Assembly: GCA_964635365.1 (NCBI GenBank)
Contig: CAZWRO010000004.1
Location: forward strand, 6,800 to 30,887
DNA from: an uncultured bacterium
GTDB taxonomy: Bacteria; Armatimonadota; Hebobacteria; Hebobacterales; Hebobacteraceae
DNA: 24,088 nucleotides
Reading direction: 5' to 3'
The notes under the pieces are model-generated. The model was not told the DNA's origin and searched no databases. It was given only the letters and a program-made list of their open reading frames with translations. A program made the position numbers and the translations under genes. Below, piece by piece: positions 1-6,709 of the stretch (positions within the stretch are counted from its first letter, which is position 1; each line of letters begins with the position of its first letter).

Positions 1-375
1 GGTAGGGTGGAAGTCGACGCCGAGAAGTGTGTTGGCTGCGGCGGGTGCGCCGAGGTGTGTCCTCCGCGCTGCATTGAGGTGACGGACGTCAGCCCGGAGA
101 AGCGGCGGTTGGAGTTTTTTCTGGAGCGGTGCACGTACTGCGAGCGATGTGCCGAGGTGTGCCCGGAGCAGGCCATCACAGTGACCAAGGAGTTCGAGAC
201 CGCGACGAATGACCGAGAGGACTTGCACATGCGGGTCGAGGTCTTCATGAGCACTTGCCGTCGGTGCGGACGATGCTACGATCCTCCGACTCCGCTGGAT
301 CGCTTGATGGTTACCGGGATGCGGCCGGCGGAAGGTGAGAGGGAGGGGACGGATGTACGACGCGAAGCTGATTGA
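1..375 (+). CDS. 2x[4Fe-4S] ferredoxin-like subunit of a group 4 hydrogenase / FHL-type complex (HycF/HyfH/NuoI-like), probably 5'-truncated by the window edge
   Basis: Two CxxCxxCxxxCP motifs (CVGCGGCAEVCP, CTYCERCAEVCP), then 'AITVTKEFETA' as in NuoI/HycF proteins and a C-terminal CRRCGRC. The frame is open from base 1 (GR-VEVDAEKC), so the true start is probably upstream. Confidence 0.85.
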   Translation, partial: GRVEVDAEKCVGCGGCAEVCPPRCIEVTDVSPEKRRLEFFLERCTYCERCAEVCPEQAITVTKEFETATNDREDLHMRVEVFMSTCRRCGRCYDPPTPLDRLMVTGMRPAEGEREGTDVRREAD

Positions 376-1015
376 GACACTCAGCCTGATCATGATCATC
401 ACGTCGGTGGCTGCGGTGGAGAGCTACCATCTCAGGCGGGCGGCGACGGCCTACTGCGTGCAGGCTCTACTCGTATGTGGTCTCATTCTGGCCTTCGCGG
501 CCGGCAACCCAGCTTTGTACGTGTGGGCCGCGGTGGCGCTGGTGACAAAGGCTATCATCACCCCTTGGCTGTTGCTGCGTGCCATCGGCAAGACGGGTGA
601 CGTGGAGGCCAAGGCTATCATCGGTTTCGGGCCTTCGGTGCTTCTGGCGTCGGGCCTGTTGATCGCTTGCTATACCTTGACGCACAGGTATGTGCATTTC
701 CTGGCGCCCACGCCGGAGGCGGCGCAGGGAGTATTTCGGACGAACCTTGCCGTAAGCATGACGGTTTTTGCGCTGGGGCTCTACGCGATTCTGTCCCGGC
801 GGGATGCGATCAAGACGGTTATTGGTCTCTGTCTGCTGGAGAACGCAATTCATCTGAGCTTGGTGAGTTTGGCACCTCATATGCGGGAGACGGCGCTGGT
901 GGGAATTGCCACCGAGGTCGTGATAACGGTGGCGCTGTTGCTTTACGTGATCGTGGGGATACGCGAGCAGATCGGCACCACCGACACGTTCGAGTTGTCG
1001 GAGCTCCATTGGTAG
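353..1015 (+). CDS. hyfE: Hydrogenase-4 membrane subunit HyfE-like (NuoK-related)
   Basis: Multi-TM hydrophobic protein with 'QALL..TKAIITP.LL' and 'IGLCLLENAIHL' HyfE-type motifs. ATG at 353 follows a GGGAGGGG SD and overlaps the upstream gene end; the ORF-track start at 335 is less likely. Confidence 0.8.
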   Translation: MYDAKLIETLSLIMIITSVAAVESYHLRRAATAYCVQALLVCGLILAFAAGNPALYVWAAVALVTKAIITPWLLLRAIGKTGDVEAKAIIGFGPSVLLASGLLIACYTLTHRYVHFLAPTPEAAQGVFRTNLAVSMTVFALGLYAILSRRDAIKTVIGLCLLENAIHLSLVSLAPHMRETALVGIATEVVITVALLLYVIVGIREQIGTTDTFELSELHW

Positions 1016-1030
1016 GAGAGGGCGAGGCTG

Positions 1031-2593
1031 ATGCATGAGAATGAGGTGCAGTCGCTGCTGCTGATTGCTATCTGCGTGATTCCGGCGGCTCTGGCGGTGA
1101 TCACGTATCCGCTGGCTCGTCTGTTTCGACCGTTCGGTCCAGCGCTCAATATTTTTGGCGCCGGCGTGGTCACTGCACTGGCCATTCCCATCGCGATGCA
1201 GGCCGCCGGTGGGCAGGTTATGGTTGCTCTTGGGCGCGAGCTTCGCGTCGACGGGCTGTCAGCGCTTCTGGTGCTGGTGATCAGCGTGATCAGCCTGGCG
1301 GCGGCGATCTACGCTGTGCCCTACATGAGGCTCACGCCTTTGCTGGAGCGGGTACGCGACGCGGCGGGGCGGGACGTAACGGGGCGGCGACTGGCGACCT
1401 TCTATGCACTCTCCCAGGCCTTCTTGTTCTCGATGCTGTGGGCCTGCGTTACCAACAACATTGTGATGCTGTATGTGGCCGTGGAGGCAAGCACTATCGC
1501 CTCCGGGCTTCTGGTGGCGTTCTATTGGGATCGACGGTCGCTGGAGGCGGCCTATAAGTATCTGATGCTGCTGACGGTGGGGATCGCTTTTGCGCTGGTT
1601 GGATGCGTCCTGCTGTATGCCTCCGCGGCACCACATATGGGCGAGCAGGCGGGCGTGCGCGCGATGCTGATCAGCGATCTTCCCGGCGTGGCGGCTCAGA
1701 TACCGCATGGCATAGCGCTGGTGATATTGAGCTTCGTGATTGTGGGGTTCGGGACCAAGGCCGGCATCGCGCCTTTCCACCCCTGGCTTCCGGATGCACA
1801 CGCGGAGGCGCCGAGTCCGGTGAGCGCGCTGCTGTCGGGCGTAATGATTAAGATGGCGCTGTATGCGCTGGTGCGGGTGCTGTCGATCTTCTTCCCGTTG
1901 GCTGCCTATCACCCGGTGGCGATGTTTGTGATAGTGCTGAGCGCGTTTACGATGCTGCTGGGCGGGGTGATGTGTCTTGCGCAGGATGACCTGAAGAGGA
2001 TGCTAGCCTACTCATCGGTAAGCCAGATCGGCTATATTGCTATGGGGCTCGGGCTGATAGGGATCGGATTCGATCAGACGGCCCGGTATCTGGGAGGCTA
2101 TGGCAGTCTTTTCCACCTTTTGAACCACGCGCTTTCGAAGGGGCTGCTGTTCCTGGCCGTCGGCGCCATCATCTACAAGACTTCCGGCCTGCGGCGCATG
2201 AGCGACCTGAGGGGGATGGCGCGCCGGATGCCGGTCACAGCTGTATGCTTTTTCGTGGGGGCTTTTGCGATCTCCGGGATGCCGCCGTTCAATGGTTTCT
2301 GGAGCAAGTTGACTCTCTATCTGGCGGCGGCAAGAGCCGATCTGTGGTGGGCGCTCGGAATTGCCATTGGCACGAGCTTGCTGACGCTGATCGCGTTTGT
2401 CCGTGCCGGGTATCTTGTGTTCTGGAGCGATGCCGATACCGAGGTCGGGGAAGACGAACGGGAGGATGCTCCGGCTGCGATGTTGATTCCGATGGGCGTG
2501 CTGGCGGCGCTCTGTGTGGCGATAGGGTTGTTCCCACAGATCGTCTATCCGCTGCTGGACCCGGCCGTTAAGGTGCTGGTGCACATCCCCTGA
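1031..2593 (+). CDS. hyfF: Proton-translocating antiporter-like membrane subunit (HyfF / NuoL-M-N / MrpD family)
   Basis: 'GFGTKAGIAPFHPWLPDAHAEAPSPVSALLSG', 'KRMLAYSSVSQIG', 'HALSKGLLFL', 'GMPPFNGFWSK' and many TM helices. AGGAG SD at 1014-1018. Confidence 0.85.
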   Translation: MHENEVQSLLLIAICVIPAALAVITYPLARLFRPFGPALNIFGAGVVTALAIPIAMQAAGGQVMVALGRELRVDGLSALLVLVISVISLAAAIYAVPYMRLTPLLERVRDAAGRDVTGRRLATFYALSQAFLFSMLWACVTNNIVMLYVAVEASTIASGLLVAFYWDRRSLEAAYKYLMLLTVGIAFALVGCVLLYASAAPHMGEQAGVRAMLISDLPGVAAQIPHGIALVILSFVIVGFGTKAGIAPFHPWLPDAHAEAPSPVSALLSGVMIKMALYALVRVLSIFFPLAAYHPVAMFVIVLSAFTMLLGGVMCLAQDDLKRMLAYSSVSQIGYIAMGLGLIGIGFDQTARYLGGYGSLFHLLNHALSKGLLFLAVGAIIYKTSGLRRMSDLRGMARRMPVTAVCFFVGAFAISGMPPFNGFWSKLTLYLAAARADLWWALGIAIGTSLLTLIAFVRAGYLVFWSDADTEVGEDEREDAPAAMLIPMGVLAALCVAIGLFPQIVYPLLDPAVKVLVHIP

Positions 2594-2613
2594 GGAGTAT
2601 GCGGAGGAGGCCG

Positions 2614-3141
2614 ATGGCAGTTAAGGACTTTCTGCAGAAGCTGTTCCCGAAGTCACTTTGGGTATATCACCTCAACACCGGGGCCTGCAACGGCTGCGAT
2701 ATCGAGGTGATAGATGTCTTGACGCCTTACTACGATGCCGAGCGGTTCGGGATCAAGCTGGTGGGATCACCGCGGCATGCGGACGTGCTCCTGGTCAGCG
2801 GACCGGTCACGCGCCAGGTCCTACCGGCGGTTAGGCGGGCGTACGAAGCCGTGCCGGCCCCGAAACTCGTGTTCGCGATTGGGTCCTGCGCCTGCGGAGG
2901 GGGGATGTGGCACGACAGCTACAACATAATTGGGGGCACCGAAAAGGTGATGCCTGTCGATTTCTACATCCCGGGGTGCCCGCCGCGACCAGAAGCGATC
3001 TTGTACGGGGTGGCCGTTGCTCTGGGACTGGCCCCCAAGAAGGCGGCGCCGGTCTACAGCCGGCAGAAGTTCTTGGACCTGGTGGAGAAGCAGTCGGGGG
3101 AGACTCTGGCGGCCGGTCTTCCTGAGGCCAAGGAATCCTAG
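2614..3141 (+). CDS. Group 4 hydrogenase small subunit / NuoB-family [4Fe-4S] protein (HycG/HyfI/MbhJ-like)
   Basis: 'GACNGCDIE', 'SPRHADVLLVSGPVT', 'GSCACGGG' and 'PGCPPRPE' supply the four Cys ligands. ATG at 2614 follows a GGAGGAGG SD (2603-2610). Confidence 0.9.
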   Translation: MAVKDFLQKLFPKSLWVYHLNTGACNGCDIEVIDVLTPYYDAERFGIKLVGSPRHADVLLVSGPVTRQVLPAVRRAYEAVPAPKLVFAIGSCACGGGMWHDSYNIIGGTEKVMPVDFYIPGCPPRPEAILYGVAVALGLAPKKAAPVYSRQKFLDLVEKQSGETLAAGLPEAKES

Positions 3142-3220
3142 AGCAGAACAGCTTTGAAGAAACCTAATAGGTAGGGGAAGCCGAGGAAGGAACCTACCTC
3201 TCTGTTCGAGAATCCTCGTC

Positions 3221-5641
3221 ATGGCTATGGCAGCCTGGGCGAGGATATCTTTTGTCTGTGGCCTGTTGGGTCTCTCCGCGCTCCAGTTCAGCGTTGGCCC
3301 CGGAACTGCCGCCGAGCTGACTGCTGACCGCGCGTGGGCCCGCGATCAAGTTGTGGTCCCCGTCTCGCCGGGCCTGTCCGCCCCGTCTTCCCGTTCCCAC
3401 GTCGTATCGGTCGAGTCGAAGGTGGTGCTGGCAGCACCGAACGATCCCGCTTACACCGACCTGATGGGTGAGCTTCACGTCCAGTGGCCCGCCCATGCGC
3501 TGAATCTCGTCGAGGCCTGGGGCTACTATCCTGGTTGGTACTTCGAGGCCTCGGGCCGTCCGCAAGAGGCGCCGATTGTGGCGGTCATCGACACGGGCGT
3601 GGACTCCAGCCACGCGGACTTCATGAATCCCGGCGCGACCAGCAGCGCGGCCTGTGACGGGGGGCAACTCATGCTATCGGCCGCGCGAAGTTTCCTTGTT
3701 GGAGATCCTGACCAGTACCAGGACGGCGCGGTGGATGAACACGGGCATGGGACGCATCTGGCGGGGCTGATTGCGGCCGGTGCGAACAACGGAGTCACGG
3801 AGGAGGGCGGCGTCGCGGGGCTGGGATATCCGGTGCGGCTGCTCCCGATCAAAGTGGCCGGCGCCAACGGAGTCGCGATGAACGTCGATGTTGCGGCGGC
3901 AATAGTGTATGCGGCCGACCAAGGCGCGTTGGTGATTCTGCTCGGGGTGGCCTGCCCCACTTGGTCACAGGTGGTCCAGGATGCGGTGGACTATGCGTGG
4001 GAGCGGGGCTGCTTTTTGGTGGCGCCGGCTGGTGTCGAGCCGGAGGAACAGCACATGTTTCCGGCGGCCTGTCCTCATGTGTTCGGTGTCGGATCTGTTG
4101 CGTCTGACCTGGCATTGGCCGGCTATTCGCCGGCGGGAGATGAGGTTGCGCTTGTGGGGCCGGGGGGTGACGAGATGATAGGGGTGTACTCGACGCTGCC
4201 GACCTATGCTTGTACGCTCAGGAGCCAGCCTGTCGGAGCTGATTACGGATGGCTGTGCGGCACGTCGCAGGCCGCGGCGCACGTGGCGGCGGCGGCCGGA
4301 TTGTATGCTGGGCTGGATGCTGGATCTCAGAGCGGTGAGCGTGACGGGGCCAGGATCTGGCAGGCGCTGCAGCGCAGTGCCACCGCGGTGGAAGGCGCCA
4401 CCGAAGGGACGTGGGACGAATTCCGTGGATACGGCTTGGTGTCGCCATCCGGGGTTCTCAAGGGGGAAGCGACAGAAGGCGCCGGGGGAATCGTTGGAAG
4501 GGTGTTAGCGTCGGGCACCGCGGCTGTGGGAGCCACGGTGACGGCCTACCCGGAGGGGGGAGGCACACCGGTGACAGCGGTGGCAAGGCGGCCAGCCGCA
4601 GCCTACCGCCTGGAAAATGTTCCCACTGGCACCTATCTAGTGAGGGCGGAGACGGAGGACTACACGGGCGAGTGGGAAGGGGTGGTGGTCGCGGGGCACT
4701 GCGATGTGCCGGGTGTGGATTTCCGACTTGCCGACCCTCCGGCGGGAGCGACGCTGATTGCGGCCGAGATCCCGGCGGCGGCCGTGCGCGGGGAGCGGTT
4801 GGAGGTATTGGTGAGGCTAGCGAATACGGGGGATTCGTCATGGCAACGCGCCGACGGGTACAGGCTGAGGCAGACCGCATGTGACAACCCGCTCTGCGTT
4901 GACCCCGCGGAGATGGACCTGGAGCCGGGTGAAATCGTGGCACCGGGGCAGTCGCGGACCTTCGTGGCCTCGTTGCCCGTTCGCGACACCTGCGGCTTCT
5001 ATGAGACAGCCTGGCAGATGTGCCAGCAGGGCGGCGCAGGTAGATTCGGGGAGGTTGCCGTGGGAACCGTGAGCGTCACCTCCTTTTTGGACGTCCCTGC
5101 GGATCATTGGGCGCTGGCGGCCATTGAGGCAGCGAAGGCCGCTGGATTGGTGTCGGGGTATGATGGACATCTGTATCATCCGGAGTGGCTCGTGTCCCGC
5201 GACCAGATGGCCGTCTACTTGGCAAGGGCCCTGGCCGGCGGGGACGCTCTGGTGCCGGCGGGGCCGGCTGCCTCGACTTTCGAGGATGTGTCGCCGGGAC
5301 ACTGGGCCTATAAGTACGTCGAGTATGTGCACGAGCGGGAGGTCGCGCAAGGATACTTGAACGGCCTCTACCATCCGGAGTACGTGCTCGACCGCGCGCA
5401 GATGGCGGTTTTCATTGCACGGGCAATGGGGGGAGGAGAAGGGGGGCTGGAAGGCTATGTGCCACCGGCGAGGCCGAGCTTTTCGGATGTGCCGCCGGAC
5501 TCGTGGGCCTACAAGCACGTGGAGTACATCAAGGGAAGCGGCGTGGTCGCAGGGTATCCGGATGGCTTGTACCATCCCGAGTACGAGTGCTCGCGGGATC
5601 AGATCGCGGTGTACATCGCAAACGCCTTCGGGATGGAGTGA
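3221..5641 (+). CDS. Secreted S8 (subtilisin-like) serine peptidase-family protein with carboxypeptidase-regulatory-like and NBR1/FW-type Ig-like domains and 3 C-terminal SLH domains
   Basis: N-terminal signal peptide; triad motifs VAVIDTG, HGHGTHLAG and GTSQAA; 'PNDP' mature-start motif; three SLH repeats (FxDVxxxxWA..G..YHPE...R.Q.AV..A) from 5081. Confidence 0.85.
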   Translation: MAMAAWARISFVCGLLGLSALQFSVGPGTAAELTADRAWARDQVVVPVSPGLSAPSSRSHVVSVESKVVLAAPNDPAYTDLMGELHVQWPAHALNLVEAWGYYPGWYFEASGRPQEAPIVAVIDTGVDSSHADFMNPGATSSAACDGGQLMLSAARSFLVGDPDQYQDGAVDEHGHGTHLAGLIAAGANNGVTEEGGVAGLGYPVRLLPIKVAGANGVAMNVDVAAAIVYAADQGALVILLGVACPTWSQVVQDAVDYAWERGCFLVAPAGVEPEEQHMFPAACPHVFGVGSVASDLALAGYSPAGDEVALVGPGGDEMIGVYSTLPTYACTLRSQPVGADYGWLCGTSQAAAHVAAAAGLYAGLDAGSQSGERDGARIWQALQRSATAVEGATEGTWDEFRGYGLVSPSGVLKGEATEGAGGIVGRVLASGTAAVGATVTAYPEGGGTPVTAVARRPAAAYRLENVPTGTYLVRAETEDYTGEWEGVVVAGHCDVPGVDFRLADPPAGATLIAAEIPAAAVRGERLEVLVRLANTGDSSWQRADGYRLRQTACDNPLCVDPAEMDLEPGEIVAPGQSRTFVASLPVRDTCGFYETAWQMCQQGGAGRFGEVAVGTVSVTSFLDVPADHWALAAIEAAKAAGLVSGYDGHLYHPEWLVSRDQMAVYLARALAGGDALVPAGPAASTFEDVSPGHWAYKYVEYVHEREVAQGYLNGLYHPEYVLDRAQMAVFIARAMGGGEGGLEGYVPPARPSFSDVPPDSWAYKHVEYIKGSGVVAGYPDGLYHPEYECSRDQIAVYIANAFGME
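5081..5632 (+). repeat. Three tandem SLH (S-layer homology) domain repeats within the S8 gene
   Basis: SFLDVPADHWA…YHPEWLVSRDQMAVYLARA; FEDVSPGHWA…YHPEYVLDRAQMAVFIARA; FSDVPPDSWA…YHPEYECSRDQIAVYIANA. Confidence 0.9.
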
Positions 5642-5708
5642 GTTCCCGCGGCGGCCGGCGGCGAAGCGGATGCGCAGATAGGAGGTGGGCAGCGAGACCC
5701 GGGGTGCG

Positions 5709-6536
5709 CTACTCGGTTTCCTCCATCGCGCGCCGAATCATCTCTTTTCGGAGTCGCTCGATTTCATCGTCGTTACCGGCGGCAAGTGCGGCGTCGAGCT
5801 GCTCTTCCAGCGAGGTCGGGAGATCGGCCTCCCGTGCCAGAAGTTCAGCCAGCGCGGCGAGATGTTCGAGCATCTGTGAGCACATGGACTGCTGATCTTC
5901 TTGGCTCTGTGTATAGCGGTCGGCGTGGCGCTCCTCGAACTGCTTGATGCTGCGTTGGGCACGGTAGAGCTCGGTGGCCGCGTGCTCTGCGTTGCCCTGC
6001 TCAATGTCCCACAGCGCCTGGGCGGTGGCGCGGTCCCGCTCGATCCAGGGCCACCATCTGAGGTAGCTCCATTTGGCCTCCTCGGCGGCGTCCGACTGGT
6101 CTATCAGGTTCCAGATGCCGAGGTTGTGCTCCGCGTCCTCGCGCGCCTGTAGGTAGTCCCCGAGCAGGAAGGCGAAGTTTCTGCGGACGTAGTACTGCCA
6201 GGACTCGTCTCGCAGCGCGGACTGCTCCTCGTCGCTCAGGCTGACCGGTTCGTCGCGACGGGAGGTGAGGTGGAAGTCGAGGAGGGATTCCCGGCCATAG
6301 GGGCGTTCGCCGTCCGGGCGGCCGTGGACTTCGTATTCCTGATTAATCAGGGCCTGGCCCTGCATCTCTCCCGTGGCGGAGAGTATGGTGCAGCCTTCGA
6401 TGAACGCAATGCGCTCACGCGCGAATCTTTCGACTCTGCCTATCAGGAGGTAGCGCGGGTCGCGGTAGAGGCGCTGGAGGTAGGTATGAACAGTGGAGGG
6501 TAGCCCTTCGATCTCTTGGTCGTCGGCTTCGTGCAT
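5709..6536 (-). CDS. Hypothetical helical protein with a C-terminal UVR (UvrB/UvrC) coiled-coil motif
   Basis: 'GRPDGERPYGRESLLDF' and 'QYYVRR…GDY..AREDAEHNL' resemble, from recall, an uncharacterised UvrB/C-motif family. The C-terminus 'SLEEQLDAALAAGNDDEIERLRKEM' fits UVR. ATG at 6536 follows a GGGAGA SD. Confidence 0.65.
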   Translation of the reverse strand: MHEADDQEIEGLPSTVHTYLQRLYRDPRYLLIGRVERFARERIAFIEGCTILSATGEMQGQALINQEYEVHGRPDGERPYGRESLLDFHLTSRRDEPVSLSDEEQSALRDESWQYYVRRNFAFLLGDYLQAREDAEHNLGIWNLIDQSDAAEEAKWSYLRWWPWIERDRATAQALWDIEQGNAEHAATELYRAQRSIKQFEERHADRYTQSQEDQQSMCSQMLEHLAALAELLAREADLPTSLEEQLDAALAAGNDDEIERLRKEMIRRAMEETE

Positions 6537-6648
6537 CACATCTCTCCCATCTGCGACGCCCACCCCCACCACAGAGCGTCGGCATCGCAGAATACGAGCC
6601 AGGTGCTCAGTGGGCCAGTTCGGCAGCCCGGCCTCGGGCTCCTGCGCC

Positions 6649-6677
6649 TTGACCCGGCCATATCCAGATGCTATTGT
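6649..6677 (+). promoter_or_regulatory. Putative sigma70-type promoter of the S55 protease gene
   Basis: TTGACC (6649-6654), 17-nt spacer, TATTGT (6672-6677) preceded by TGn; 32 nt upstream of ATG 6710. Confidence 0.5.
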
Positions 6678-6709
6678 CTGTGAACTTCGTTGTCCCGGAG
6701 ATTTTGCTC

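Noticed and set aside
3189-3217. GGAACCT upstream of the S8 gene as a second ECF promoter
   Set aside because: No GTC(T/A)AA-like -10 at 16-17 nt spacing.
5685-5879. AGGAGG followed by GTG opening a 64-aa + strand ORF
   Set aside because: The SD overlaps the GTG with no spacer, and the ORF is antisense to the UVR-motif gene.
5709-6536. Calling the UVR-motif protein a UvrB helicase or UvrC nuclease
   Set aside because: No Walker A/B, helicase or GIY-YIG motifs, and far too short.
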